Positions 8,201-17,207 of a stretch of 32,000 nucleotides of DNA are shown piece after piece. The DNA is from Lachnospiraceae bacterium (GTDB lineage: Bacteria > Bacillota > Clostridia > Lachnospirales > Lachnospiraceae). The stretch is taken from NCBI GenBank assembly GCA_018384375.1, contig JAHAYJ010000083.1:4304-36303 (forward strand). Direction: 5' to 3'. The notes under the pieces are model-generated. The model did not search any database, was not told the origin of the DNA, and saw nothing but the letters and a program-made list of their open reading frames with translations. The position numbers were made by a program, and so were the translations under genes. The stretch's first letter is position 1, and every line of letters begins with the position of its first letter.

Positions 8201-10123
8201 TTTTTTATGAATGTCTGTTTCCATCTGTTTTTGACTTTTCTTTTCCTTTTTAGCCTTATACATTTCCTGATCAGCCGTCTCGATGAGCGCCTCCAAATCC
8301 ATGTTCTCCTCCGGCTTCATGATCGAATAGCCCATACTGGCATCTAATTTGTATGGATGATTGGATTTCGCATTATAGCTTTCAATTCCTGCCTCGATCT
8401 GCGCAACATAATCATCTGCCATCTTACGTGAAAATCCCTGCGACAGCACCACAAATTCATCGCCACCATAACGCATCAATAATTGTCCATGTTGATGTAC
8501 CTGGCTTAAGACATTCGCCATCGCCTTGATAAATGCATCACCTTCATCATGGCCATACTTGTCATTTATAGACTTAAGCCCGTCAAGGTCAAGGAAGAGT
8601 ACAAACAAATCTTCCTTCTTCTTACATGCCTCATCGATAATTTTAGGTGCAAACCGAAAGAAGCCGGCTCTGTTAAAAACACCGGTAAGGGTGTCATATA
8701 CCCACATCCTGTTCAGGCGTTCCACCATAGCATTCAACATATTCTGTTTTCTTAAATTTTCAAGTGCATTGTCAATGTTCATAATGAACATATGGAACAA
8801 CTCACTGTCGAACATCAATCTGCTGTTCCCCAGCACACAATAGCCATAGCACCGTTCCTGATAGTGTACCGGTATCACCGTATAAAAGTTTCCTTCTGCC
8901 TTTCCGATATATTCCTGCGGCAGAAGCTCTGTAACCGGAAATCTGCCATGCTGAGAAAACTTGCCATCCTTATAAACTATGGGAATACAAATTTCCGGTG
9001 CATAGGTTGTCAGATCCGGCATGTCCATTTCCGTATTGATCTTTTGAAGCACTTCTCCGCGGAACGCTTCCTCTATCACACACATGCACAGGTAAAATTC
9101 CTTCACTTCCATCATCTCAGCATATTTACGTACTTTTTCCAAAATCTGTTCAAAGGTTACCGCTCCGGTTAGGTCAGCAGATGAGGATTTAATAATTTCC
9201 GAATAAGTTGTAATATCAAGCTTTTCCTTTACGTATCTTTTTCTGATATCTATAACATCTTCTGCAATTTTGTCCTTACAGCCACAGCTTTCTGTGAACA
9301 CTGGATGGCAGATCAGCTCCTCCTCTTTGACCTCTTTTCCGGCAATATAGTCCTTAAGCATACCATAAGCACGCCTTCCGATTTGGGTTTCAGGACGTTT
9401 TACGCTGGTGAGCTTCGGATAATGATTTCTTCCCACAAAAGTATTATCATATCCTGTGAGCATGACATCTTCAGGCACTCTGTAGCCCTTGTCCTGCAGC
9501 TCATAAAATGCGCCCAAAGCCATCTCATCATTTGCAGCAATAATTGCATCCGGGAATTCGGTATCCTGCTCATAAAAGCATTCAACTGCATTTTTACCGC
9601 TTTCAGGATGATAATCACCGTAAAAAATAGAATCCTCCCGGACCTGTAGCCCGTTATCCTCCATTGTCCTTCTGAATGCATTTAATCTTCCCGTTGCGTC
9701 TACATTCCCAATCGGTCCGGATATAAAATTGATCCTTTCCGCATGGTGATCTCTTATCAGATGATTTACAATTTCCGTAATTCCGTTTTCATTTTCCATT
9801 CCGGCATAAAGCATACCGTCATAGCGAATGTTCAGGCTAACACAGGGAACCCCTGATTCATGGATGTCTTCAACAATTTGAGCAATAACTTCTTTATCAC
9901 AAATGGTATCCCCATGTAAGATGATACCATCATAATCCTTAAAATTCGGCAATCTGAAAATTTCTGTCTCCCCTTTATTATAGTAGGAGGTAGAATATGT
10001 CCATGCGTCACACGTAAAGATGTAAACATCCGTTCCATCCTGAATCGCATCCTCTAAAATTCCGTTAATGATTCTCCGCTGGCTGTCAAATCGTACTCCA
10101 GCCACAAGCACAGCAATTTTCAT
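8198..10123 (-). CDS. Diguanylate cyclase with N-terminal LacI/PBP1-type sugar-binding core (no HTH), a central unknown domain and a C-terminal GGDEF domain
   Basis: The N-terminus MKIAVLVAG... with ..AIIAANDEMALGA...GYDN.. is typical of a LacI-family ligand-binding core. The C-terminus has DxLTGxxNR and RYGGDEF. The ORF was trimmed from the TTG at 10141 to the ATG at 10123. Confidence 0.8.
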   Translation of the reverse strand: MKIAVLVAGVRFDSQRRIINGILEDAIQDGTDVYIFTCDAWTYSTSYYNKGETEIFRLPNFKDYDGIILHGDTICDKEVIAQIVEDIHESGVPCVSLNIRYDGMLYAGMENENGITEIVNHLIRDHHAERINFISGPIGNVDATGRLNAFRRTMEDNGLQVREDSIFYGDYHPESGKNAVECFYEQDTEFPDAIIAANDEMALGAFYELQDKGYRVPEDVMLTGYDNTFVGRNHYPKLTSVKRPETQIGRRAYGMLKDYIAGKEVKEEELICHPVFTESCGCKDKIAEDVIDIRKRYVKEKLDITTYSEIIKSSSADLTGAVTFEQILEKVRKYAEMMEVKEFYLCMCVIEEAFRGEVLQKINTEMDMPDLTTYAPEICIPIVYKDGKFSQHGRFPVTELLPQEYIGKAEGNFYTVIPVHYQERCYGYCVLGNSRLMFDSELFHMFIMNIDNALENLRKQNMLNAMVERLNRMWVYDTLTGVFNRAGFFRFAPKIIDEACKKKEDLFVLFLDLDGLKSINDKYGHDEGDAFIKAMANVLSQVHQHGQLLMRYGGDEFVVLSQGFSRKMADDYVAQIEAGIESYNAKSNHPYKLDASMGYSIMKPEENMDLEALIETADQEMYKAKKEKKSQKQMETDIHKK

Positions 10124-10155
10124 CCTTTGTAATCCTCTCAAATACTCCCACTTAC

Positions 10156-10184
10156 ATTATAGCTTTCTAAATATCATCTCGCAA
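10156..10184 (-). promoter_or_regulatory. Sigma-70-type promoter upstream of the PBP1-GGDEF gene
   Basis: The minus strand reads TTGCGA (10184..10179), a 17-nt spacer and TATAAT (10161..10156). Confidence 0.55.
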
Positions 10185-10209
10185 GCCCGTCTTTGCCTCT
10201 GACATTATT

Positions 10210-11106
10210 TTACAGTTCAACCCTCCTCAGATAGTACCCAAATTTTCCGACTGTCACCGCACCTTCACACTCAAAACCTTCAAATCCGAACATGACCGCT
10301 ACCATTTTTTCACGTTCAAAGTACGTTCCGGGAACTCCCACATAAAAACAATTTCCTTCGCCTCCCCCCAGCTCCATGTCCGGTCCGAGGATCAGATAAC
10401 GATAATTATAAAATCCGTGTAGCAAAAAGCTATTGTTTACTAATTTTTGATATTTTGCTCTTAAGATAACAAAATCTTTTAATTCTATGGAAATGAAGGC
10501 TCTCTCATCACCAAACGGATGAATTTGCGGATAGTTCTTTCGCAATTGTTCCCACTTATCATCAGATAGTCCATCCATAACAGGATCTTCACAATTTGCC
10601 GCTTGAATATCCGGATATATCTCTTCTGCTGCCGGTTCTTCAAATGACTTCTCTCTCTTTTCGGGTGCCACGGCTCCCTTCCATTGCTCCATCGGTTTCT
10701 TCCAAAAACCTGCTACATAACCATTCTCCTGTAGCTGTATCAGAATTCCACAGAATTTTTCGTGCGCAATTTTCTTCTCCGAAAGTTCCATGCAATCCTC
10801 ACTCATTTTAAAATATCGACTGATATTTGCAGCACCGGCTTGTACATATATTTCCCCTACGGTTATCCTTTCCGCCTCGATAAGAAAATATAGCGGATAG
10901 CTTCCATCCTTACAATCCTTTACATTCTTGATCTGCAAATCCATTCGACATTCATTGTTTTTAGCCGTAAATCTGACAAATCCGACATTTGTTTCCTTGA
11001 TGTCATCCCGGAACAGAGACAGATATGTAATCTTCTTTTCATATAAAAACAACCTCATCCCTCCTAACAATCCTGTAATATTGTATTCAGAGATAAGGTT
11101 GCTCAT
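10210..11106 (-). CDS. Hypothetical protein (298 aa), no family recognised
   Basis: This is a clean ORF whose ATG lies 7 nt after the stop codon of the upstream PucR-family gene. It has a beta-rich N-terminal half, an acidic linker and a C-terminal region ...YLILGP...GVPGTYFEREK...FGFEGFE. No TM segment or signal peptide is seen. Confidence 0.6.
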   Translation of the reverse strand: MSNLISEYNITGLLGGMRLFLYEKKITYLSLFRDDIKETNVGFVRFTAKNNECRMDLQIKNVKDCKDGSYPLYFLIEAERITVGEIYVQAGAANISRYFKMSEDCMELSEKKIAHEKFCGILIQLQENGYVAGFWKKPMEQWKGAVAPEKREKSFEEPAAEEIYPDIQAANCEDPVMDGLSDDKWEQLRKNYPQIHPFGDERAFISIELKDFVILRAKYQKLVNNSFLLHGFYNYRYLILGPDMELGGGEGNCFYVGVPGTYFEREKMVAVMFGFEGFECEGAVTVGKFGYYLRRVEL

Positions 11107-11113
11107 TCCATCT

Positions 11114-12199
11114 TTAATTTGTTGAGTCCAGATACCTCATATAATTATATACCATCATCGCAATTTTAAAGGTCAATGCATCATCAAACGTACGTACATC
11201 CAGCCCCGTACTTTTCTCCAGTTTTTCTATTCGATATACAAGTGTATTTCTGTGTACAAACAATTGCCTGGAGGTTTCTGACACGTTTAGATTGTTCTCA
11301 AAGAATTTGTTTACAGTAGATACAATCTCCTCATCAAATTCTCCCGGATCATTCTCACCAAATATTTCATCTATAAAGATCTTGCAAAGGTTTGCCGGTA
11401 ATTGATAAATCAGTCTTCCGATTCCAAGGCTGCTATAGGAAATAACTTTCTTTTCCACATAGAAAATCTTTCCCACATCTAATGCCATCATTGCTTCCTT
11501 ATAAGATTTGGATACATCCTTCAGTTCCTGTACAACCGTTCCGTAAGCAACCCGCACATTCATCATTGCTTCCGTACTCATCATATCCACAATCGTCTGT
11601 GCCGTTTGCTTAATCTGCTTCTCACCGTCAGTTGGTTCCAATGATTTAATCAAAATAACATTACTCTCATCGATTGCCGTTATAAAATCACCTGATTGTG
11701 AAGAAAACATTCCCTTCAGGAATTCCGCTGCTGTGTTATCCTTCTCTGCCTTTGTCTCAACAATATATACAACTCTCGGTCCCATCACTTCAATGTGAAG
11801 TTTTTTTGCTCGATTGTACATATCCACAAGAAGCAAATTATCCATCAGAAGTGTCTGAAAGAAATTATTCCGATCAAAGCGTTCCTTATATGCCGTAATC
11901 AGCTGCTGAATCTGACTGACTGCAATCTTCCCGATCAGATATACTTCATCGTTGCTTCCTCTTGCGACAAGAATATAAATAAGTTCTCCCTCATCCATAA
12001 TTTTCAGCAGATGGTCAAACCCTATTACCTGGCTGTCTGCCGGCGAATCAGCAAAGCCTCTTATCATTTCACTGGAAATATCACTGCTGTCAAAGGTGGA
12101 AGCCACCTCTGAACCATCCAGTCCAAACACAGCCAGATTCACCTTTGAAATTGACCGTAATTCTTCAATACAATTTGTCAGAACCTGTGTAGATATCAT
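11114..12199 (-). CDS. PucR/CdaR-family transcriptional regulator
   Basis: The C-terminal HTH NVSETSRQLFVHRNTLVYRIEKLEKSTGLDVRTFDD is typical of the PucR_C/HTH_30 family. The ORF was trimmed to the ATG at 12199, which lies 9 nt after AAAGGA. Confidence 0.8.
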   Translation of the reverse strand: MISTQVLTNCIEELRSISKVNLAVFGLDGSEVASTFDSSDISSEMIRGFADSPADSQVIGFDHLLKIMDEGELIYILVARGSNDEVYLIGKIAVSQIQQLITAYKERFDRNNFFQTLLMDNLLLVDMYNRAKKLHIEVMGPRVVYIVETKAEKDNTAAEFLKGMFSSQSGDFITAIDESNVILIKSLEPTDGEKQIKQTAQTIVDMMSTEAMMNVRVAYGTVVQELKDVSKSYKEAMMALDVGKIFYVEKKVISYSSLGIGRLIYQLPANLCKIFIDEIFGENDPGEFDEEIVSTVNKFFENNLNVSETSRQLFVHRNTLVYRIEKLEKSTGLDVRTFDDALTFKIAMMVYNYMRYLDSTN

Positions 12200-12234
12200 C
12201 TGTTCACATCCTTTCACGATACAGGTTTATTATA

Positions 12235-12264
12235 ACAAAATTTATTTGGATTTGTACATTTTTT
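12235..12264 (-). promoter_or_regulatory. Candidate extended -10 promoter of the PucR-family gene
   Basis: The minus strand reads TGTACA, an 18-nt spacer, then TGtTATAAT (-10 at 12240..12235). Confidence 0.4.
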
Positions 12265-12307
12265 TATTTCTCCACAGACAATTCCCATAACTTAATTTCC
12301 TGTGATG

Positions 12308-12335
12308 AAAAAAAGGGATGCTTGCGCATCCCTTT
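12308..12335 (-). terminator. Intrinsic terminator of msmK
   Basis: The minus strand reads AAGGGAUGC-GCAA-GCAUCCCUU followed by a U-run, starting 13 nt after the msmK stop codon. Confidence 0.8.
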
Positions 12336-12347
12336 CATAAAGATCAA

Positions 12348-13457
12348 CTAGTTTGTAATAACCTGCTCTGTTTCCTTATCAAATACATGAATCTTCTCAA
12401 CATCAAATGCAAACTTAACAGTATCGCCAGGTCTTGCTGTTGTACGAGAGTCAACTCTTGCAGTGAGCGGGAACTCAGCCAAATCGAAATACAGATAAAC
12501 TTCTGCACCAAGTAATTCATAAACCTTAATGGTTGATTCAAATACGCACTTGGATGTTTCGATGAACATTTCTGAATCATATACATCTTCAGGACGGATA
12601 CCAAATGTAACTGTCTTTCCATCGTATCCACCTTCGATCAACTTCTTGGATTTAGCAGGAGGAAGAGGAATGTTGCTTCCGGCAACCTTAAGGTTTGCTG
12701 TCTCACCGCTTACTTCCACTACTGCATCAAGGAAGTTCATCTGAGGAGATCCCATAAATCCTGCAACAAACAGATTAGCGGGCTTCTCATACAGATTCTG
12801 AGGAGTATCTACCTGCTGGATAACACCATCCTTCATAACTACGATTCTATCACCAAGGGTCATAGCCTCTGTCTGGTCATGTGTTACATAGATGATGGTG
12901 GTACCTAATCTCTGATGCAGCTTAGCGATCTCAATACGCATCTGCACACGAAGCTTTGCATCCAGGTTGGAAAGAGGTTCGTCCATAAGGAATACCTTAG
13001 GATTACGAACAATTGCACGACCCATAGCAACACGCTGTCTCTGACCACCGGACAAAGCCTTGGGTTTACGATCAAGAAGCGGTGTCAAGTCAAGGATCTT
13101 AGCTGCTTCCTTAACCATCTTATCAATTTCATCCTTCGGAACTTTTCTTAACTTAAGACCGAAAGCCATGTTGTCATACACAGACATATGAGGATACAGA
13201 GCGTAGTTCTGGAATACCATCGCGATATCTCTGTCCTTAGGTTCAACATCATTAACCACTCTGTCACCAATCTTTAATTCACCGGAAGAAATATCTTCCA
13301 GACCAGCGATCATACGAAGAGTAGTAGATTTACCACATCCTGAAGGTCCTACGAAGATGATGAATTCCTGATCCTGAATTTCAAGATTGAAATCCTTTAC
13401 TGCTTCAAATCCGTTAGGATATACTTTGCAGATATTCTTTAAAGATAAACTTGCCAT
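12348..13457 (-). CDS. msmK: Sugar ABC transporter ATP-binding protein (MsmK/MsmX/UgpC/MalK type), with no adjacent permease or binding-protein genes
   Basis: Walker A GPSGCGKST, the signature LSGGQRQR, Walker B FLMDEPLSNLD and a C-terminal TOBE-like regulatory domain are present. A strong RBS AAGGAGG precedes the start. Confidence 0.9.
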   Translation of the reverse strand: MASLSLKNICKVYPNGFEAVKDFNLEIQDQEFIIFVGPSGCGKSTTLRMIAGLEDISSGELKIGDRVVNDVEPKDRDIAMVFQNYALYPHMSVYDNMAFGLKLRKVPKDEIDKMVKEAAKILDLTPLLDRKPKALSGGQRQRVAMGRAIVRNPKVFLMDEPLSNLDAKLRVQMRIEIAKLHQRLGTTIIYVTHDQTEAMTLGDRIVVMKDGVIQQVDTPQNLYEKPANLFVAGFMGSPQMNFLDAVVEVSGETANLKVAGSNIPLPPAKSKKLIEGGYDGKTVTFGIRPEDVYDSEMFIETSKCVFESTIKVYELLGAEVYLYFDLAEFPLTARVDSRTTARPGDTVKFAFDVEKIHVFDKETEQVITN

Positions 13458-13654
13458 TTCATTTGCCTCCTTAAATTAATTGGTTCGTAATCAAGTCTGA
13501 ATCTAGTATACATGAGTTTTCTATTTTTTACTATGCCACTATTCCACAAAGATTTTACTGTACATTGTAAAAAATGCTTATAAAGAATTACCTTTTTCAT
13601 TTCGACTGACAACTTGACTAATAAAAGCACTGCATCAATAGGCACTTTGTACAA

Positions 13655-15133
13655 TCATACTTTCTGGTCCCTGTCATCATAAAATGCAAGCTGATTCTTC
13701 CCACGTTTTTTCGCTTTATACAGCGCCTGATCCGCCGCCTTATAGAGTGTATCAAAATCTGCTCCGTCTGCCGGAAATACCGCCGCTCCGATACTTGCTG
13801 TCGCAGAATATTTCACATATTCTCCCACCTGAAAATTTTTAAAGAAATTGACAAGCTTCTGAGCCTCTCTCAAGGTATTGGAATCATCCTTAAGTGCCTT
13901 GAGAAAAATGATGAATTCATCTCCGCCGGTACGCCCGATAATATCTGATACCCGGAAGTTTGCGCTGATACGTTTTCCGAGATCGCTCAGCACCTCATCT
14001 CCGAAAGCATGTCCCATTGTGTCATTTATCTTCTTAAAATTATCAATATCCAGGACAAACATCATGGCCAGCGATTTCGGATTTTCTCTCATATATTCTT
14101 TAATCTTTCGTTCTGTTGCCAGCTTATTGTATAAGCCGGTGAGCAGATCAGTGTCAGCCTTTTCCTGGAGGGCTTTACGCTTTTCTTCGTTCTTTAACCT
14201 GGTGAAAATATGTGTGCCCCCAAAAGCCGCAGCAAACAATAAAGCAACTCCCAAAAGCTGATAAAGCATGATACTGGTTTTCCGAATCGAGCGACTGGTC
14301 CTTTGCTTCACATAATTCTGATCCACGCCGACGACAAAAGTCCAATCATTTATTCCGATGGGTATATAGATCAGAGTCTTCTCCTCTCCGTCAGCCTCCA
14401 TAACGCAAAAACCGGAGTTGTTCTTCTGCATATTGAACTTCATTTCTCCAATCTGCCTGCCATACTCCTCTCCCACATAGGTCCACAGATTTCCGCTGCT
14501 TAAATAATTGCTGGAAGAATCGTTATGCTCCAGAATATTGCCCCCGGCATCCGAAATTGCAATCGCTGCCGTTCTCCCATATTCCGAATCCTCCTCTAAA
14601 AGCTCTTTGAAATTATCAAAAGCATAAAACAAAAGTAGCGCTGCTTCCCTATCCGGCACCGGCACAAGGAAAAGCATAGCCGCTTGCCCTGTCAGTTCAT
14701 CGTCTTTCAGATAAGTATACTGTGTTTCCTCTGTCAAACCGTTTACAAATGAAAAATATTGTTTACCGGATAGCTCGATGTGAGTTTCATTTTGATCGAT
14801 ACCATCTTTATCTTTCTCATAAAAGACTGCCTCATACGCGCCTGTCTTTTCCGCGACTGCCAGCATATATCTGCCTATATCTTCTTCATCATTTGCAGAC
14901 AGATCCTTCAGAACCTGTGCTATGACTTCCCCGGCAACACTTACTCGCTGTATCTTTGCACTGATCTGGACAGCACTTTTTTCAGCGGCATCCACAAGTT
15001 CACTTCGAACTGTTTCCTCCGCTTCATTCTTAATTCTGACTGAAAAATTGAAAAACATATACAAAACCACTATCAGCAAAATAACAATCAGAATCATCCA
15101 CCGCAGCGCATTTGTTTTACCCTTTTTCTTCAT
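13655..15133 (-). CDS. Membrane-anchored sensor diguanylate cyclase (TM, ~270-aa extracytoplasmic Cache-like region, TM, GGDEF)
   Basis: Two TM segments flank a large extracytoplasmic region. The C-terminus has DLLTGLYNK, an I-site RVSD five residues before GGDEF (RTGGDEF), and KAKKRGKN. Confidence 0.85.
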   Translation of the reverse strand: MKKKGKTNALRWMILIVILLIVVLYMFFNFSVRIKNEAEETVRSELVDAAEKSAVQISAKIQRVSVAGEVIAQVLKDLSANDEEDIGRYMLAVAEKTGAYEAVFYEKDKDGIDQNETHIELSGKQYFSFVNGLTEETQYTYLKDDELTGQAAMLFLVPVPDREAALLLFYAFDNFKELLEEDSEYGRTAAIAISDAGGNILEHNDSSSNYLSSGNLWTYVGEEYGRQIGEMKFNMQKNNSGFCVMEADGEEKTLIYIPIGINDWTFVVGVDQNYVKQRTSRSIRKTSIMLYQLLGVALLFAAAFGGTHIFTRLKNEEKRKALQEKADTDLLTGLYNKLATERKIKEYMRENPKSLAMMFVLDIDNFKKINDTMGHAFGDEVLSDLGKRISANFRVSDIIGRTGGDEFIIFLKALKDDSNTLREAQKLVNFFKNFQVGEYVKYSATASIGAAVFPADGADFDTLYKAADQALYKAKKRGKNQLAFYDDRDQKV

Positions 15134-15170
15134 CCTTTGTTCTCCGCACTATTTCCCCTCAAGCCGATTA

Positions 15171-15902
15171 TTACAACTGCTCACCATTTTCCTTTTCTTC
15201 CGGAAAGTCTTGTGCATCCTTGCCATCGCCGGGAACTTCTTCTGTTTCCTCCACAGGAACCGTCCAGTCCTCATCGCTTGCCACCTCTTCCTGCGGTTCA
15301 AAGCGCTTAAAGGTTTTGTTGTAAAGCAGTGCATTCAGGAATGCCGGTCCCGAAATACCAAGCATGATAACGATCGGAAGTGCCTGATATACATAGATTG
15401 CAATAACCGCCGGAATCACCCAGCACACCATCATAAGAATCGTCTTGGGAAGACTCAGAATTCCCATATACAGTGAATTCTTAAAGGTTCCTCGTATTGT
15501 ATTGTCAAATTTAGCCAGCATCGGAAATGCATGCATTATCGCAAAAACAAATAAAATCCCAATTGCAATCAATGCGACCCTGATCCATGAAGGAAATGCA
15601 ATTCCCGATTTGCTGATTATCACAAAATCTCCTATTAACACAGCCAACGCAAGCAACATGATGATCCACATGATCGTTGCCTGCTTGAAGTTCTGCCGAA
15701 AAGATTTAAAGAATCCTTTTATTATGTAGGTTTCCTCATCTCTGACGATCTTTAATGCCACATAATGAAGGGCTGTCGCAGATGCACCGATCGTAAAAAT
15801 CGGAATACAACAGATCATTGTTAAAAAATTTAGGATAATCAAATCTGCCAGTTTATTTAATGCATTCATCACAGGATTATCCAGATTAAATAATCTTCCC
15901 AT
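15171..15902 (-). CDS. YesL/DUF624 family membrane protein with acidic C-terminal tail
   Basis: The N-terminus ...NALNKLADLIILNFLTMICCIPIFTIGASATAL is typical of DUF624. There are 5-6 TM segments. The last ~45 aa are strongly acidic. Confidence 0.7.
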   Translation of the reverse strand: MGRLFNLDNPVMNALNKLADLIILNFLTMICCIPIFTIGASATALHYVALKIVRDEETYIIKGFFKSFRQNFKQATIMWIIMLLALAVLIGDFVIISKSGIAFPSWIRVALIAIGILFVFAIMHAFPMLAKFDNTIRGTFKNSLYMGILSLPKTILMMVCWVIPAVIAIYVYQALPIVIMLGISGPAFLNALLYNKTFKRFEPQEEVASDEDWTVPVEETEEVPGDGKDAQDFPEEKENGEQL

Positions 15903-15941
15903 TTTGTCTCTTCCTTCTTAATTCTTTCTTTATGATATTGA

Positions 15942-17192
15942 TTACTGTCTGCAATTTAACTGATATTTGTCATATTGCTGGTTCAGCTTCCTGTAGATGC
16001 CCATAATTTCATCCGAGCGGTTCTTAACCTTCTTCATGATCTCGTCATAGTTCTCCAAAAGAGCCTTGACAATCACTTTGTTATATTTTCCTTCTGCTGC
16101 TCCCACCTTTATGATGGAAATGATATCTTCCTTACGAAGTTCCTTTCTGTAGCTGCGCTCTCCCAGAAGCGCTGTTACCGTATCAGCCAACTGCAGAATC
16201 TCCTGATTATGGCTCATCTGGGTTTCCCGCAGTCCTCTGGGATATCCGCTTCCGTCACAACGTTCGTGATGGGCTGCAACAATTTCTACTATTTCCGCTG
16301 CCATCCTGTTACTCAGGACTTTTTCCGCAAGATGCACGTGTGTCTTAACTTTACTGTATTCCTCCGCCGTCAGCTTTCTGGGTGCATTGATAATTTCTTC
16401 CGGGATCGACATCATACCAATGTCATGCAGAAGTGCACCATAGTAAAGCATCTCCCTCTCCGTGTCTGTCAGTCTTACCATTTGTCCCAGCATTTCGGCA
16501 ATACACATACAGGTCACTGTATCTACCACGGATTTCTCACTTCTGAAGCCCTGACAATACATAAGCATTTCCAGATATTTTTTCTTATCCTCGTTGGTGA
16601 ATATCATATATTCAATAATATCATCCAGTTCTTCTTTGTATTCACCGCTCTTCACCTTGCGAAGAATATCGTATTTACTTACAGCTTGTTCATACAATTC
16701 TAAGGCTTCCGGACTGATCACTGCCCCTTCCTGTTTTTTGAACATCTGGATGTCAAAGGCATCTTTCAGCGCTCCGGAAAAGATATCCACCTTCTCAGCA
16801 AACCCGAGAAACGCCGCAATATCCTTATATTCATAATCCATTTCCTGAAGCCGTAAATAATCCGTATGATGATAAAGAATAATTGACGCCAGTTCACTTA
16901 AAGGGGACAGGTACTTAAAGACCAGATAGCCATAAGCAGCATGAGGACGCGACTCTTTACAATCATACTGTACAATATCCTTAAGCTTGTCCGTCCGGTA
17001 AGCACCGATATCATGCAGAGATGCAAGAAAAACAAAATCAGCCAGTTCAAATTTTTCATAACCGCCGCGGCACTCCAGCATTTTGTACAGAAGATATGCC
17101 ACTCTTGAGCCATGATCCATCGCCTGCCTGTCCACAAGCTTTAAGGTGTCCCTAATCAGCAAAAAAATATCCTTACTGTGAATATATTCCAT
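15942..17192 (-). CDS. HD-GYP domain protein (putative c-di-GMP phosphodiesterase) with an additional N-terminal degenerate HD domain
   Basis: The C-terminal half has LLHDIGM, HHERCDGSGYPRGL and the D..L motif. The N-terminal half has LHDIGAY and LYHHTDY but no GYP motif. Confidence 0.85.
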   Translation of the reverse strand: MEYIHSKDIFLLIRDTLKLVDRQAMDHGSRVAYLLYKMLECRGGYEKFELADFVFLASLHDIGAYRTDKLKDIVQYDCKESRPHAAYGYLVFKYLSPLSELASIILYHHTDYLRLQEMDYEYKDIAAFLGFAEKVDIFSGALKDAFDIQMFKKQEGAVISPEALELYEQAVSKYDILRKVKSGEYKEELDDIIEYMIFTNEDKKKYLEMLMYCQGFRSEKSVVDTVTCMCIAEMLGQMVRLTDTEREMLYYGALLHDIGMMSIPEEIINAPRKLTAEEYSKVKTHVHLAEKVLSNRMAAEIVEIVAAHHERCDGSGYPRGLRETQMSHNQEILQLADTVTALLGERSYRKELRKEDIISIIKVGAAEGKYNKVIVKALLENYDEIMKKVKNRSDEIMGIYRKLNQQYDKYQLNCRQ

Positions 17193-17207
17193 AGATTTCT
17201 CCTCTGT

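Noticed and set aside
10142-10209. A c-di-GMP (GEMM) riboswitch upstream of the GGDEF genes and of msmK.
   Set aside because: The fragment GGCAAAGACGGGC only superficially resembles GEMM-I. The paired ACGCAAAGC element and the P1/P2 architecture are missing.
13439-13654. A 71-aa minus-strand ORF in the msmK upstream region.
   Set aside because: It overlaps the msmK start and RBS, has no RBS of its own, and is a Lys/Leu-rich product typical of translated AT-rich DNA.
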